From: Clostridia bacterium
Lineage (GTDB): Bacteria > Bacillota > Clostridia > UMGS1883 > UMGS1540
Length of the DNA stretch: 64,000 nucleotides
Assembly (NCBI GenBank): GCA_017436645.1
Contig: JAFSCR010000012.1
Location: 1,123 to 65,122 of the forward strand
Direction: 5' to 3'
This document shows, in pieces, positions 35,414 to 47,198 of this stretch. A program made the position numbers and the translations under genes. Under the pieces are notes generated by a model. That model saw only the letters and a program-made list of their open reading frames with translations, ran no database searches and was not told where the DNA came from. How positions within the stretch are numbered: position 1 is the first letter of the stretch; each line of letters opens with the position of its first letter.

Positions 35414-35427
35414 ACAGCTCCTTTTTT
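35394..35427. terminator. bidirectional terminator hairpin AAGGAGCTGTTCAAAATGAACAGCTCCTT + T-run
   Basis: perfect palindrome between convergent PAP2 and rapZ; shares core CTGTTCAAAWTGAACAG with the terminator at 24670. Confidence 0.6.
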
Positions 35428-36283
35428 ATGCCTTATGTATATCTCTGTGCGAAAGTTGGCAGGCAACACCTGCATTGCTGAGCGCCGCCGCCAAAAATCT
35501 TGCCACAGTAACCGAACGATGCTTACCGCCCGTGCACCCTATGGAAATGACAAGGTTACTCTTCCCTTCCTCCATGTACTGGGGAACAAGGAAGTTTACC
35601 ATTTCCACGAGCTTGTCGCAAAACACCCTGCTTTGGGGGTACGCCATAATAAAGTCGTAAACGGGGGCATCAAGGCCTGTAAGCGGCTTTAGCTCCGGTT
35701 CATAAAAGGGATTGGGGAGAAAACGCACGTCAAATACCAGGTCACTATCCAGCGGAATGCCGTATTTAAACCCGAAGGACATAATATCCACCGTCATCCC
35801 CGTACCGCCGGCCGTCTCGGAAAAGAGATCCCGCATCCGTTTTTTCAGGTGCTGGGGAAGCATATTTGAAGTGTCCACCACATGGGTGGCCATTTTTTTA
35901 ATGTCCCCGAGAATTTCCCGTTCTTTCACAATGCCGTCAATGGCACGGCCGCCGGGTGCCAGAGGATGAGAACGGCGGGTTTCCTTGTAACGGGCAATCA
36001 GGGTTTCGTCCTGTGCATCGAGAAACAGAATTTCAAACGGCAACCCTTTTTCCCGCATTTCTTCCAGTTCTCCGGAAAGCTCTTTGAACATACTGCCGCT
36101 TCGAACGTCTACCACAAGTGCCACATGGTCCAGTTTTCCCTGAGACTGGGCGCACATTTCCGCAAACTTGCTGACAAGAATGGGCGGCAGGTTGTCCACA
36201 CAATAATAATTCATGTCCTCAAGGCATCTGAGGGCACGGGTACGCCCTGCCCCCGAAAGACCTGTTATCACTATAAATTTCAT
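35426..36283 (-). CDS. rapZ: RNase adapter protein RapZ (YvcJ, P-loop NTPase)
   Basis: MKFIVITGLSGAGRTRALRCLEDMNYYCVDNLP Walker A and family-typical sequence; 285 aa. Confidence 0.85.
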   Translation of the reverse strand: MKFIVITGLSGAGRTRALRCLEDMNYYCVDNLPPILVSKFAEMCAQSQGKLDHVALVVDVRSGSMFKELSGELEEMREKGLPFEILFLDAQDETLIARYKETRRSHPLAPGGRAIDGIVKEREILGDIKKMATHVVDTSNMLPQHLKKRMRDLFSETAGGTGMTVDIMSFGFKYGIPLDSDLVFDVRFLPNPFYEPELKPLTGLDAPVYDFIMAYPQSRVFCDKLVEMVNFLVPQYMEEGKSNLVISIGCTGGKHRSVTVARFLAAALSNAGVACQLSHRDIHKA

Positions 36284-37170
36284 GTAAATTCCCCCACGAA
36301 CTGTATTTCAGGCTCTAAAAGAACGCCATGGGTTTCTCTGACTTTTTCCTGTACCGCCAGAAGAAGCCGCCGCACGTCTTTCGCCGTTGCATTTCCCGTA
36401 TTTACCACAAAGCCTGCATGCTTTTCCGACACGGCCGCACCGCCTATGGAAAAGCCCCGAAGGCCCGCTTCATCTATCATTTTCGCCGCAAACCCATCTT
36501 TCGGGCGCTTAAAGGCACTGCCTGCGCTGGGCAGGGTCAGCGGCTGTTTTTCCCGTCTTTTTACGGAGAGTTCTTCCATCTCTCGCCTGATTGCATCACT
36601 TTCGCCCGCCCAAAGCTTAAAAACGACGTCGGTGATAATCATGTCTTTGCCCATATAAACGCTGTGGCGGTAGGAAAAGCCGTGGTCGAAGGATTCCCCT
36701 TCTTCGCCGTCCGGCGTTACAAAGCGTACGCTTTCTATCACATCCGCCATCTCGCCGCCATAGGCCCCTGCATTCATAATAACAGCGCCGCCGCAGGTTG
36801 CCGGTATCCCCGAAAGTGGTGCCATACCGCAAAGTCCTTTTTCCATGGCCATACGGCTGACTGCCCCAAGGGACGCCCCTGCATCGGCATAAATACGGTT
36901 CCCTTCCGCACGGATAGAGGAAAACCGACTTCCCATACGGATAATGACGCCTCTATATCCTCCGTCCCCTACAAGAAGGTTTGTGCCGTTCCCGATGACA
37001 AGATGGGGCACAGCTTTGCAAGCTTCCAAAACGGCCCGAAGCTGTGCGGTGTTTTCAGGCTCTGCCAGAAGGTCCGCCGGTCCGCCGATTTTAAAGCTCG
37101 TATATTTTTTCATGTCTGCACCCCTTTTCGAGGGGCAGATTTTTTCTATGGCAGAAAAAACTGCTTCCAT
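36280..37170 (-). CDS. murB: UDP-N-acetylenolpyruvoylglucosamine reductase MurB
   Basis: FAD-binding KIGGPADLLAEP, VIGNGTNLLV motifs; the start could instead be at the internal MKKYTSFKIGG. Confidence 0.85.
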   Translation of the reverse strand: MEAVFSAIEKICPSKRGADMKKYTSFKIGGPADLLAEPENTAQLRAVLEACKAVPHLVIGNGTNLLVGDGGYRGVIIRMGSRFSSIRAEGNRIYADAGASLGAVSRMAMEKGLCGMAPLSGIPATCGGAVIMNAGAYGGEMADVIESVRFVTPDGEEGESFDHGFSYRHSVYMGKDMIITDVVFKLWAGESDAIRREMEELSVKRREKQPLTLPSAGSAFKRPKDGFAAKMIDEAGLRGFSIGGAAVSEKHAGFVVNTGNATAKDVRRLLLAVQEKVRETHGVLLEPEIQFVGEFT

Positions 37171-37260
37171 AAAAAACTCCTATCCGTATTCGCAAGCCTT
37201 TCAACGTATGATTGCGAAAAATATGCCGCATAAAACCCTATGTGTTTAGCGCCTCTCGGC

Positions 37261-38196
37261 TTAATCTTTCCCCAGAAATGCGGCGCCGATAAGGCCTGCA
37301 TCGTTTCCCATTGCCGCCCCGCGAATCTGTGGGACGGAAACGCCGCTTTTATACATTTTTTCCTCCACCCGTTTCCGAAGGGGCGCTAAAAGAAACTCTC
37401 CTTCACGGCTGACGCCTCCCCCAATGAGAAGCAGAGAAGGCTGCAGGATATTAATAAGGTCTGTCACGCCTTCCGCCACATAGGAAATCCACCTGTCAAC
37501 AATTTTTTGTGCCTCTGCATCTCCCTTTTTGGCGAGGGCAAAGGCGCTTTTGCCTGATAAATTTTCAAAATTTTCGCCCAAAGATTTCCGAAGGGCACTT
37601 TCGGGATGTGCCTCGGCAAAGCGGCGGGTATCGCCAATCAGTGCCGTAACCGAACCATAGGTCTCCCAGCATCCACGTCTGCCGCAGCTGCAAGGTCTGT
37701 CGCCAAGGCACACCATGCTGTGGCCGATTTCCCCTGCAATGCCGTTTGACCCCGTATAAAGCTTTCCGCCAAGAATAAGGCCGCCGCCAATGCCTGTGCC
37801 GAGCGTGACGAGAATCATATTGTCTACCTTCTCGGAAAGCGCAGAATATTCACCAAGTGCAGCGCAGTCTGCATCGTTTCCGAGGCGCACGGGAATGCCG
37901 CATTCCCCTTCCACTACGCCTCTCAGTGGAAACCGCTCGAAATTTACGTTGGGCGTATAGATAACCTCTCCCGTTTTATCGGAAACGGCACCCGGAAGAC
38001 CAATGCCGATACTGCCGATTTCTTCCTGTGCATCTGCCATCAGGCTTTTCGCAAGGGCCGTAATGGTGGCGGCAATCTCCTCTGCCGGACGGCGTGCCCC
38101 TGTCGGCACCTCGTCTCTTTTTAAGATTTCGCCCTCCGCACTTACAAGGCCTGCCTTAATGTGCGTACCGCCAACATCTATCCCGATATAATACAT
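37261..38196 (-). CDS. glcK: ROK-family glucokinase
   Basis: MYYIGIDVGGTHIKAGLV, ROK zinc motif CSCGRRGCWET. Confidence 0.8.
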   Translation of the reverse strand: MYYIGIDVGGTHIKAGLVSAEGEILKRDEVPTGARRPAEEIAATITALAKSLMADAQEEIGSIGIGLPGAVSDKTGEVIYTPNVNFERFPLRGVVEGECGIPVRLGNDADCAALGEYSALSEKVDNMILVTLGTGIGGGLILGGKLYTGSNGIAGEIGHSMVCLGDRPCSCGRRGCWETYGSVTALIGDTRRFAEAHPESALRKSLGENFENLSGKSAFALAKKGDAEAQKIVDRWISYVAEGVTDLINILQPSLLLIGGGVSREGEFLLAPLRKRVEEKMYKSGVSVPQIRGAAMGNDAGLIGAAFLGKD

Positions 38197-38214
38197 ATTG
38201 GATTTACCCCTTCC

Positions 38215-39150
38215 TTATTCCGTTTCCTGTTTCATCCAGCGTTCATTGAGAGCCGCCGCCGCATTGTAGCCAAGCTTTTTCTGCTTATTGTTCATGGCCG
38301 CAACCTCTACAATCACCGCAAGATTTCGTCCCGGTTTTACCGGCACGGTAAGGGATGGGATGTCTACGCCAAGAAGGTTTGTACTTTCACCTTCAAGGCC
38401 GAGCCTGTCATAAAACTTGCCTGCCTGCCAGGCCTCAAAATTCAAAACAAAATCAATGCGCTCCGTTTCCTTTACGGCACCTGCGCCGAAAATGCGCTGC
38501 ACGTCCACAATGCCGATGCCGCGAAGTTCAATAAAGTGGCGAATCATTGCAGGTGCAGAGCCGACGAGGGTTTTCGAGGAAACCTTTTTGATTTCCACCG
38601 CATCGTCCGCAATGAGGCGATGGCCTCTTTTTACAAGCTCAATGGCCGTTTCGCTTTTACCCACACCGCTTTCCCCTAAAATCAGAACACCTTCGCCGTA
38701 CACCTCCACCAGTACGCCGTGGCGGGTAATACGGGGTGCAAGATGGAGATGGAGAGAGGCGATAAGCGCCGCAATAAAGGAAGAGGTGGTATGCTCGGTG
38801 CGGAGCACGGGCACATTGCAGGCCTTTGCCGCCTCGAGAATTTCCGGAATGACATCCAGCCCTCTTGTAATCACAAAGCAGGGAATGCCTTTTTCAAAAA
38901 GCCGTTTTAAAAGCGTCAGGCGTTCCACAGCCTCCTGCTGAAGAAGGTAGGTGTGCTCCATTTTGCCGAGAATGGAAATGCGCTCTTTATCAAATTCATC
39001 AAAAAAACCTGTTGCAAGCTGCATACCGGGACGGAGAACGTCTGTAGAGCGTATCAGGCGCTCGTCCAAATCCGCCGTTTCATATATCACTTCCAAAGAA
39101 AATTCGTCAATCAGTTTCCTGAGTTTTACGGTAATTTCAGGTGCGCTCAT
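38215..39150 (-). CDS. hprK: HPr kinase/phosphorylase
   Basis: Walker A GESGVGKSETAIELVKRGHRLIADD and HprK signature; 311 aa. Confidence 0.85.
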   Translation of the reverse strand: MSAPEITVKLRKLIDEFSLEVIYETADLDERLIRSTDVLRPGMQLATGFFDEFDKERISILGKMEHTYLLQQEAVERLTLLKRLFEKGIPCFVITRGLDVIPEILEAAKACNVPVLRTEHTTSSFIAALIASLHLHLAPRITRHGVLVEVYGEGVLILGESGVGKSETAIELVKRGHRLIADDAVEIKKVSSKTLVGSAPAMIRHFIELRGIGIVDVQRIFGAGAVKETERIDFVLNFEAWQAGKFYDRLGLEGESTNLLGVDIPSLTVPVKPGRNLAVIVEVAAMNNKQKKLGYNAAAALNERWMKQETE

Positions 39151-39162
39151 ATGCTTTCCTCC

Positions 39163-40404
39163 TTATCTCGTCTGGCCGCAGCCACGGATTCTGTACTGAT
39201 AGGCCGTCATTTCCCGAAGGCCCATAGGTCCTCTTGCATGCAGTTTCTGGGTGCTGATGCCGATTTCCGCCCCAAAGCCGAATTCGCCGCCGTCAGTAAA
39301 GCGAGTGGAAGCGTTTACATATACCGCCGCCGCATCTACCCTGCGCAGAAAATATTCCGCCGTGTCCTCGTTTTCCGTTACAATCGCCTCCGAATGGAGG
39401 GTGGAATACTTTGCAATATGGGAAAGGGCCTCATCGGTGGAAGGAACCACCCGAATGGCCAGAATATAATCTAAAAATTCCGTACGGTAGGCTTCTTCGT
39501 CCGCTTCTTCGGCTTCTATAATTTCTCTCGTCCTCTCGCAGCCGAGTAGCTTTACCCCTGCATTTTGGAGCGCCTCTGCCGCTTTCGGCAGGAAGTTTTC
39601 TGCAATATCTTCATGGACAAGAAGTGTTTCTGCCGCATTGCAAACACCGGGGCGCTGTGCCTTGGCGTTTACGATAATGGAAACGCCTTTTTCTATATCT
39701 GCGTCCTTGTCAATATAAATGTGGCAGTTGCCCGTACCCGTTTCAATGACGGGGACTGTAGCATTTTCCACCGTGTACCTTATAAGACCGGCACCGCCTC
39801 TTGGAATAAGAAGGTCCACATATCCTCTAAGGCGCATAAGGGCAAGCGTAGCGGCTCTGTCCGTTTCCGTTACAAGCTGTACCCCATCCATGGGAAGTCC
39901 GGCCCGAGAAAGGCCTTCTCTCAAAGCCTCGCATATGGCAATATTGGAATGAATTGCATCGCTGCCGCCTTTTAAAATTACAGCGTTTGCCGTCTTTATG
40001 CAAAGCGCCGCCGCATCCGCCGTCACGTTTGGACGGGACTCATAAATCATGCCGATAACCCCCATGGGCACCCGCACTTTTTCAATGTGGAGGCCGTTGG
40101 GGCGGTCAAATTTTTCTATCACTTCCCCCACAGGATCGGGAAGGTCCACAATTTTTTCCATATCGGCACTAATGGACAGGATTCGCTCCTTTGTAAGGCG
40201 AAGGCGGTCAATCATGGCCTCGCTTGTGCCTTTTTCCAGCGCCGCCTTCACATCCTTTTCGTTTGCCGAAAGGATTTCATCCACGTGGGCGCGAAGAGAT
40301 GCGGCCATGGAAAGAAGTGCCTCATTTTTCTTTTTTGTATCTTGTGCCGCCAAAATTCTTGCGGCTTCTTTTGCTTTTTTGCCGAGAATTGTAAAATCCG
40401 TCAT
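39163..40404 (-). CDS. proA: glutamate-5-semialdehyde dehydrogenase (gamma-glutamyl phosphate reductase)
   Basis: 413 aa aldehyde-dehydrogenase fold; operon with proB (4-nt overlap). Confidence 0.85.
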   Translation of the reverse strand: MTDFTILGKKAKEAARILAAQDTKKKNEALLSMAASLRAHVDEILSANEKDVKAALEKGTSEAMIDRLRLTKERILSISADMEKIVDLPDPVGEVIEKFDRPNGLHIEKVRVPMGVIGMIYESRPNVTADAAALCIKTANAVILKGGSDAIHSNIAICEALREGLSRAGLPMDGVQLVTETDRAATLALMRLRGYVDLLIPRGGAGLIRYTVENATVPVIETGTGNCHIYIDKDADIEKGVSIIVNAKAQRPGVCNAAETLLVHEDIAENFLPKAAEALQNAGVKLLGCERTREIIEAEEADEEAYRTEFLDYILAIRVVPSTDEALSHIAKYSTLHSEAIVTENEDTAEYFLRRVDAAAVYVNASTRFTDGGEFGFGAEIGISTQKLHARGPMGLREMTAYQYRIRGCGQTR

Positions 40405-41189
40405 ATTTCCTTACCTTGAAACCTTGTTCCTATCGGTTTCCCTTCGAGAATATCATAAAGAATTTCGGGTCTGTCGCCGCTGGTAATGAGCACATCCACG
40501 CCCTTTTCCGTGGCAATACGGGCGGCGCTGATTTTCGTTGCCATACCGCCTGTGCCGAGGCCCGACCCTGCGCCCCCTGCCATCTTTTCAATTTCGGGGG
40601 TGATTTCATGCACCGTGCGGATAAGGCGGGCATCGTCATTTTTCCTCGGGTCCTTATCGTAAAGCCCGTCAATATCCGAAAGGATAATGAGAAGGTCTGC
40701 CCGAGATACAACGGATACGACCGCACTTAGGGTATCGTTATCCCCAAACTCCAGTTCGTAGCTGGAAACGGGGTCATTTTCGTTAAAAATGGGAATGGCG
40801 CCGTAGGAAAGAAGGGTGTCAATGGTGCCCATAACGTTCTTTTCACGCTCGGCGTGGTCTAAAACGTCCCTCGTCATGAGAATCTGGGCAACCTTATACC
40901 CATACTCTGCAAAAAGACGCCCGTAAATGCCCATCAGCTCGCATTGGCCAACGGCCGCCGCCGCCTGTTTTTCTCTCGTTTCTTTCGGCCGCTGTGTCAT
41001 ATCCAGCTTTGCCATGCCCACGCCCACAGCACCGGAGGAAACCAGAATAATTTCCTTATCCATATTCTTAAGGCCGCTTAAAACCCTCGTCAGGTGCTCT
41101 ATGCGGCGAAGATTCAGGCGCCCCGTTTCATGGGTTAGCGTGGAGGTGCCCACTTTGATTACAATTCGTTTTGCTCTTCTTATATCCAT
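40401..41189 (-). CDS. proB: glutamate 5-kinase (short form, no PUA domain)
   Basis: KRIVIKVGTSTLT amino-acid-kinase N-terminus; 262 aa. Confidence 0.85.
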   Translation of the reverse strand: MDIRRAKRIVIKVGTSTLTHETGRLNLRRIEHLTRVLSGLKNMDKEIILVSSGAVGVGMAKLDMTQRPKETREKQAAAAVGQCELMGIYGRLFAEYGYKVAQILMTRDVLDHAEREKNVMGTIDTLLSYGAIPIFNENDPVSSYELEFGDNDTLSAVVSVVSRADLLIILSDIDGLYDKDPRKNDDARLIRTVHEITPEIEKMAGGAGSGLGTGGMATKISAARIATEKGVDVLITSGDRPEILYDILEGKPIGTRFQGKEI

Positions 41190-41190
41190 A

Positions 41191-41607
41191 TTATTCTCCG
41201 ATAATTTTAATTAAAACTCTCTTTTCACGCTTGCCGTCCAGTTCATAGTAGAAAATCTGTTCCCATGGGCCGAAATCGAGGCGGCCGCCTGTGATGGCCA
41301 CCACCACTTCACGCCCCATAATGGTGCGCTTTAAGTGTGCATCGCCGTTATCCTCAAAACCGTTATGCTGATAGCGGGAATAAGGCTTTTCCGGTGCAAG
41401 ACCTTCAAGCCATTCTTCAAAATCCTGATGAAGACCCGCCTCATCATCGTTTATAAAAACGCTTGCGGTAATGTGCATGGCGTTAACGAGGACGAGGCCT
41501 TCCTTTACACCACTTTCCATAAGGGCTTCCCTGACTTTATCTGTAATATTGACAAGGCCCCTTCTTCTCGGAATATTAAAATACAGTTCTTTTCTGTAAG
41601 ACTTCAT
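41191..41607 (-). CDS. YjbQ-family (UPF0047) secondary thiamine-phosphate synthase-like protein
   Basis: 138 aa, UPF0047 characteristic length and motifs ([23 protein letters not shown]). Confidence 0.7.
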   Translation of the reverse strand: MKSYRKELYFNIPRRRGLVNITDKVREALMESGVKEGLVLVNAMHITASVFINDDEAGLHQDFEEWLEGLAPEKPYSRYQHNGFEDNGDAHLKRTIMGREVVVAITGGRLDFGPWEQIFYYELDGKREKRVLIKIIGE

Positions 41608-41621
41608 GGCGATTCTCCTTT

Positions 41622-42023
41622 TTAGGAAATTTCAATGCGCCTTTCCGTATCGGAAAGACGGGTAATGCGAATTAAGGTAGAGGGGCCGATTCTGTCATAA
41701 AAGGCATCGGGCCACTCGATCACGGAAATCCCCTCCGCAAGAAAGCTGTCAAACCCGATTGCATCCAGCTCCTCCTCATCCTCAATGCGGTAAAGGTCAA
41801 AGTGGTGCACCGTAGTGTCCCCTTCATAGATGTGCATAATCGTAAAGGTGGGGCTTGAAACTCTGCCCGAATACCCGTACCCACGGGCGATGCCACGGGT
41901 CATGGCCGTTTTGCCGGCACCAAGGTCACCCGTCATGCAAAAAATGCACGGCGCAGGATTTTCCTTCGCAAGCTTTTCTCCTAAAGCTTCCGTTTCTTCT
42001 ACGCTTTTTGTAATATATTCCAT
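41622..42023 (-). CDS. tsaE: tRNA threonylcarbamoyladenosine biosynthesis ATPase TsaE
   Basis: P-loop [17 protein letters not shown], 133 aa. Confidence 0.8.
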   Translation of the reverse strand: MEYITKSVEETEALGEKLAKENPAPCIFCMTGDLGAGKTAMTRGIARGYGYSGRVSSPTFTIMHIYEGDTTVHHFDLYRIEDEEELDAIGFDSFLAEGISVIEWPDAFYDRIGPSTLIRITRLSDTERRIEIS

Positions 42024-42032
42024 GTGTTTCTC

Positions 42033-43661
42033 CTAGAAAAGGCCGGAAATTACGCCCTTTTCATCAATGTCTATTTTTTCTGCGGCAGGTACTTTGGGAA
42101 GCCCCGGCATGGTCATAATTTCACCCGTTAAGGCCACCACAAAGCCGGCCCCTGCACTGACTTTTGCATCACGGACGGTAATGCGGAATCCCCGTGGTCT
42201 TCCGAGCAGCTTGGGGTTATCCGAGAGAGAATACTGGGTTTTTGCCATACATACGGGGAAACTGCCGTAGCCGGCTTCTTCAAAGTCCGCCAGTTTTTTG
42301 GCCGCAGATGGGGTAAAGTCCACCCCGTCTGCCCCGTAAATCACCTTTGCCACCGTTTCAATTTTTTCCGTAAGCGGCATATTGTTCGGATAAATGGGGG
42401 CAAAGTTTGCTTTTTCCGTTTCGAGAATATGAAGAAGGGCGTCTGCAAGGTCCAGTCCTCCTTCGCCGCCACGGGCAAAGACTTCTGCCGGCGCACAGGC
42501 GGCGCCGTATTTTTTGCAGTATTCTGTAAGTTCCCGAATTTCCTCATCCGTATCATCCGCAAAGCGGTTTATGGCAACCAAAACAGGCAGGCCAAAGGCA
42601 CGAAGATTTTCAATATGCTTGCCGAGGTTTTCAAATTTATCTGCACTATTATGGTATTTAAGGGCACGAAGGGTTGCCACAAGAACTACCGCATCAGGGG
42701 AAAGCCCTGCCATGCGGCACTTAATATCCAGAAACTTTTCGGCACCAAGGTCTGCCCCGAAGCCTGCTTCGGTCACACAGATGTCACCAAGCTTTAAGGC
42801 ATGGCGGGTAGCGATGACGCTGTTGCAGCCGTGGGCAATGTTGGCAAAAGGTCCGCCGTGCAGGATACAAGGCGTATTTTCAAGGGCCTGGACAAGGTTC
42901 GGCTTTATGGCATCCTTTAAAAGAAGTGCCATGGCGCCTGCAGCACCGAGGTCCTTTGCCGTTACGGGCTTTTTGTCATAGGTCTGGGCCACCACAATGC
43001 GGGAAAGCCGCTCCTTCATGTCAATATGATTTTCGGAAAGGCAGAGGATTGCCATAACCTCACTTGCCACCGTAATCATAAAGCCGTCCTCTCTCGGCAC
43101 GCCATTGGTGGCACCGCCGAGGCCGACCACTACATTACGAAGGGCACGGTCGTTCATGTCAAGCACTCTTTTAAATACAATTCTTCTCGGGTCAATGCCG
43201 AGGGCATTTCCCTGCTGGAGGTGATTGTCAATCATGGCGCAAAGGAGATTGTTTGCAGCCGTGATGGCGTGCATATCCCCCGTAAAGTGTAAGTTGATAT
43301 CCTCCATGGGCACAACCTGAGCGTAGCCGCCGCCGGCCGCACCGCCCTTAACGCCCATAACAGGGCCGAGGGACGGCTCACGAAGGGCCGCAATGGCATT
43401 TTTTCCTTTTTTGCAAAGCGCCTGGGTAAGTCCCACGGTAATCGTCGTTTTCCCTTCCCCTGCAGGGGTGGGGTTAATCGCAGTTACAAGCACCAGCTTG
43501 CCATCGGGCCTATCTTTAATTCTTTCCCAAAGGCAGGGGGCAAGCTTTGCTTTATAGTGGCCGTATGGCTCCAGTTCTTCTTCACGGATGCCGATTTTAT
43601 CCGCCACCGTTTTAATGGGCTCCATTTTCGCATTTAAAGCAATTTCAATGTCAGAAAGCAT
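42033..43661 (-). CDS. fhs: formate--tetrahydrofolate ligase
   Basis: 542 aa; MLSDIEIA N-terminus, P-loop [15 protein letters not shown]. Confidence 0.9.
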   Translation of the reverse strand: MLSDIEIALNAKMEPIKTVADKIGIREEELEPYGHYKAKLAPCLWERIKDRPDGKLVLVTAINPTPAGEGKTTITVGLTQALCKKGKNAIAALREPSLGPVMGVKGGAAGGGYAQVVPMEDINLHFTGDMHAITAANNLLCAMIDNHLQQGNALGIDPRRIVFKRVLDMNDRALRNVVVGLGGATNGVPREDGFMITVASEVMAILCLSENHIDMKERLSRIVVAQTYDKKPVTAKDLGAAGAMALLLKDAIKPNLVQALENTPCILHGGPFANIAHGCNSVIATRHALKLGDICVTEAGFGADLGAEKFLDIKCRMAGLSPDAVVLVATLRALKYHNSADKFENLGKHIENLRAFGLPVLVAINRFADDTDEEIRELTEYCKKYGAACAPAEVFARGGEGGLDLADALLHILETEKANFAPIYPNNMPLTEKIETVAKVIYGADGVDFTPSAAKKLADFEEAGYGSFPVCMAKTQYSLSDNPKLLGRPRGFRITVRDAKVSAGAGFVVALTGEIMTMPGLPKVPAAEKIDIDEKGVISGLF

Positions 43662-43678
43662 TCTTTTTCCTCCTATTT

Positions 43679-45199
43679 TTAAACTGAAAGCCTGTCCTGG
43701 GGCAGATGGTACCTGACCGCCTCGGCTATGTGCATTTCATTTATCTTTTCGCTCCCGTCAAGGTCCGCAATGGTTCTGGCAACTTTTAAAACTCTCGTAT
43801 ACCCTCGGATGCTCATGCCCATGGCAGAAAATGCATCCTTTGCCATTCTTGCCGCCTCGCTCGTTAAAACGCAGTATTTTTCCACATCTTTGGAAATCTG
43901 GGCGTTACAGAAAACGCCTTCCTCTTTCAGTCTTTCGGCTTGCAGTTTTCGTGCCGCCGTCACCCGCTTCCGAATGTCCGCCGAGCTTTCCGCTTTCGGG
44001 GAAACAAACTGGCCGTAAGTCACCGTTTCCGCCTCGACCCGAATGTCAATTCTGTCAAGAAGGGGGCCGCTGATTTTGCCTGCATACCGTGCGATGGAAC
44101 TTGCCGTACAGCGGCATCGGTGTGTTTTATCCCCATAATATCCGCATCTGCACGGGTTCATGGCCGCCACCAGCATAAAATCGCTGGGATACGTATAGCT
44201 TGCCGCCGCCCTCGTAATGGTGACCACGCCGTCCTCCATGGGCTGGCGCAAAACCTCCATGGCATCTCTGTGAAACTCGGGCAATTCGTCTAAAAACAGG
44301 ACACCTCGGTGTGCAAGGGAGATTTCGCCCGGCTTTGCCGACTGTCCGCCCCCTGCAAGGCCCACGGTAGAGGCGCTGTGATGGGGTGCACGGAAAGGCC
44401 TTGTGGAAATCAGCGTTTTCCCGGAAAGCGCACCGGCGGCGCTGTGAATTTTTGTAACTTCTATGGCCTCTTCCACCGTCATGGGCGGTAGAATGGACGG
44501 GAGCCGCTGGGCGAGCATACTTTTCCCTGACCCCGGCGAGCCCACAATGAGAATGTTATGGCCGCCTGCCGCCGCAATTTCAAGGGCTCTTTTTACGTTT
44601 TCCTGCCCTTTAACCTCCTGAAAGTCACCGCCCGAATAAACCGCTTCCGCAAGAAGGGCTTCCGCATCGGCCTTGGCAGGCACAAGCGGCTTTTCGCCGG
44701 AAAGATGCTTTATCGCATCCGAAAGGGTTTCGGCACCGTATACGGTCATGCCACGAACCAGCGCGCCTTCCTCGGCGTTTTCTTTCGGGACGATGCACTT
44801 TGTAAATCCTTGTTCCTTCGCTCCCAGAAGAAGCGGTAATACGCCCGCAACGGGGCGGATTTCCCCTGCAAGAGAAAGCTCCCCGAGTAAAATATAATCA
44901 GCCGCATCGCCCTTCGCCTGCTCGGTGGCATATAAAATACCAGCCGCCACAGGAAGGTCAAACATGTTGCCCACTTTTTTCATATCCGCCGGCGCAAGAT
45001 TTATGGTAAACCGCCGTGGCGGAAATTCATAACCGCAGTTTTTGATTGCGGCACGGACTCTTTCTCTGGCTTCCTTTACGGTAGCATCCGGAAGGCCTAC
45101 CACATCAAAGGCAGGCATGCCCTGAGATACGTCCGTTTCCACCGTAACCGGGTGCCCACCTGTGCCGAGAAGGCAACAAGTGCTTATCTTCGTAAACAT
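43679..45199 (-). CDS. YifB/ComM-family Mg-chelatase-like AAA+ ATPase
   Basis: 506 aa; Walker [14 protein letters not shown], ChlI-type sensor motifs. Confidence 0.8.
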   Translation of the reverse strand: MFTKISTCCLLGTGGHPVTVETDVSQGMPAFDVVGLPDATVKEARERVRAAIKNCGYEFPPRRFTINLAPADMKKVGNMFDLPVAAGILYATEQAKGDAADYILLGELSLAGEIRPVAGVLPLLLGAKEQGFTKCIVPKENAEEGALVRGMTVYGAETLSDAIKHLSGEKPLVPAKADAEALLAEAVYSGGDFQEVKGQENVKRALEIAAAGGHNILIVGSPGSGKSMLAQRLPSILPPMTVEEAIEVTKIHSAAGALSGKTLISTRPFRAPHHSASTVGLAGGGQSAKPGEISLAHRGVLFLDELPEFHRDAMEVLRQPMEDGVVTITRAAASYTYPSDFMLVAAMNPCRCGYYGDKTHRCRCTASSIARYAGKISGPLLDRIDIRVEAETVTYGQFVSPKAESSADIRKRVTAARKLQAERLKEEGVFCNAQISKDVEKYCVLTSEAARMAKDAFSAMGMSIRGYTRVLKVARTIADLDGSEKINEMHIAEAVRYHLPQDRLSV

Positions 45200-45270
45200 A
45201 AAATTCTGCCTTTCCTAAAAACACGTAAGGGGATGCAAAACGTTTTTCGTTTTTCCATCCCCGTTTTTCG

Positions 45271-45717
45271 TTATTCTTCGTCTATGCCGTCATCCGATAG
45301 CATAGCGCCAAGCGCCGCTTCGTAATTTCGAAGCGCCGCCGCCGCACCGACACGCATAGAACGGATGTCTCCCCGAATCCGGTCTGCTTTTTCGGAAACC
45401 TCTTTTGCTTCCGCTTCCGCACTAGCCACAATTGCATCGCCCTTTTCTCTGGCTTCGGCGAGAATGTTTTCCGCTTCACGCTGGGCAGAAATGACTGCAC
45501 GGGAAACAGAATCCCGATCTTCTTCAAGCATGCGTACCTTTTCAAAAAGCTTGGCGTTTTCCGCACACGCCGCCTCCAGTTCTGCCTTTGCCGCTTCCTG
45601 TTCTTCACGGGCCTCTGTTAAAAGATCTTCGTATTTTTTCACAAGGGCTTCAATATAGGCCTTTACATCATCCCTTTTATAGCCGCCCACGGTTTTTCGA
45701 AGTTGTAATTCTTCCAT
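45271..45717 (-). CDS. DivIVA-domain protein
   Basis: N-terminal LRKTVGGYKRDDVKAYIEAL DivIVA motif, coiled-coil remainder. Confidence 0.65.
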   Translation of the reverse strand: MEELQLRKTVGGYKRDDVKAYIEALVKKYEDLLTEAREEQEAAKAELEAACAENAKLFEKVRMLEEDRDSVSRAVISAQREAENILAEAREKGDAIVASAEAEAKEVSEKADRIRGDIRSMRVGAAAALRNYEAALGAMLSDDGIDEE

Positions 45718-45740
45718 GCTTTTCTCCTTTTCTCAAGAGA

Positions 45741-47186
45741 TTATGCTTTTAAAAGCGCAATTCCCTTTTCAATTCGGGAAATGGTTTCTTCTTTGCCGAG
45801 TATTGCCGCAAGCTCAATGCCGCCGCCGGGGGTGAAAGCTTTGCCGGAAAGGGCCGTGCGAAGGGGCCATAAGATAACGCCGTTTTTCACTTCCATTTTC
45901 TGTGCAAGACCTAAAAGCGCTTCATGCAGTTCGTCCTTCGTCCAGCTTTCCATGTTTTTCAGAAGGGGCAGAATTGCCTCAAGAGAAGTGAGGGAATTTT
46001 CCGTATCCGTCTTCATCTTCTTGTGGCAGTAAAGTTCCTTATCGTATGTGGGCAGTTCGTTTATAAAATCAATCTGCTCGGTGATGTCACAAAGCCGCTC
46101 TGTTCTCTGCTGGAGCACTGCGCTTAAAAGGGCAAAATCTATGTCTTTCGTAATGCCCTTATAGTACGGCTTCGCCTTTTCGTGGAATTCCTCGGGCGAG
46201 AGGGCACGGATATATTCGCCGTTAAGCCAGCGGAGTTTTGCTTCGTCAAAAATAGCGGGGGATTTACTGATGCCTTTCACGTCAAAAAGCTCTATCATAT
46301 CAGAAAGGCTCATAACTTCCTTTTCGTCCCCGGGGCTCCAGCCGAGAAGGGCAATGTAGTTTAGTACCGCTTCTTTGAGGTACCCTTTTTCAATAAAGTC
46401 CGCATAAGATGCATCGCCTTCACGTTTGGAAAGCTTTTTATGTGCATCCTTCATAATGGCGCTGCAGTGGACATATTCGGGAATTTCCCAGCCGAATGCT
46501 TCATAGAGAAGGTTATATTTCGGTGTGGAAGAAAGGTATTCACTGCCACGGACAACATGGGTAATGCCCATGAGGTGGTCGTCCACAACGTTTGCAAAGT
46601 TATAGGTGGGCATGCCGTCGCTCTTTAAAAGAATCTGGTCGTCGAGGGTGTCATTGGGTGCCGTAATGGTCCCGAACACCGCATCCGTAAAGGAAGTGGA
46701 GCCTTCCTTGGGGATTTTCTGGCGGATAACGTATGGCTCGCCTGCTGCAATTCTTGCCTCGACCTCTTCCTTGGAAAGGGAGGCACAGCGGCTATCGTAT
46801 TTTGAAGGAATTTTAAGTGCTTCCTGCTTCTGGCGGAGCTCTTCAAGGCGTTCTTTTGTGCAGAAGCAGTAATAAGCCGCACCCTTTTCTACGAGTTCTT
46901 CCGCATATTTCTTGTAAATGCCCATTCTTTCGCTCTGCACATAGGGGCCATAGTCCCCACCTACATCGGGGCCTTCGTCGTGAACAAGGCCTGTTTCGGC
47001 GAGGGTGTGGAAAATAAGGTCAACAGCGCCGTCTACATAGCGTTCTCTGTCTGTATCCTCAATGCGGAGAATGAAATCACCGCCCTGATTTTTTGCAATC
47101 AGGTATGCATAAAGGGCAGTACGAAGATTGCCGATATGCATATAGCCCGTGGGACTGGGCGCAAAACGTGTTCTGATTTTTGTCAT
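45741..47186 (-). CDS. gltX: glutamate--tRNA ligase
   Basis: HIGH motif region [19 protein letters not shown] and KMSKS-like KLSKR. Confidence 0.9.
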   Translation of the reverse strand: MTKIRTRFAPSPTGYMHIGNLRTALYAYLIAKNQGGDFILRIEDTDRERYVDGAVDLIFHTLAETGLVHDEGPDVGGDYGPYVQSERMGIYKKYAEELVEKGAAYYCFCTKERLEELRQKQEALKIPSKYDSRCASLSKEEVEARIAAGEPYVIRQKIPKEGSTSFTDAVFGTITAPNDTLDDQILLKSDGMPTYNFANVVDDHLMGITHVVRGSEYLSSTPKYNLLYEAFGWEIPEYVHCSAIMKDAHKKLSKREGDASYADFIEKGYLKEAVLNYIALLGWSPGDEKEVMSLSDMIELFDVKGISKSPAIFDEAKLRWLNGEYIRALSPEEFHEKAKPYYKGITKDIDFALLSAVLQQRTERLCDITEQIDFINELPTYDKELYCHKKMKTDTENSLTSLEAILPLLKNMESWTKDELHEALLGLAQKMEVKNGVILWPLRTALSGKAFTPGGGIELAAILGKEETISRIEKGIALLKA

Positions 47187-47198
47187 AATGGTCTCCTT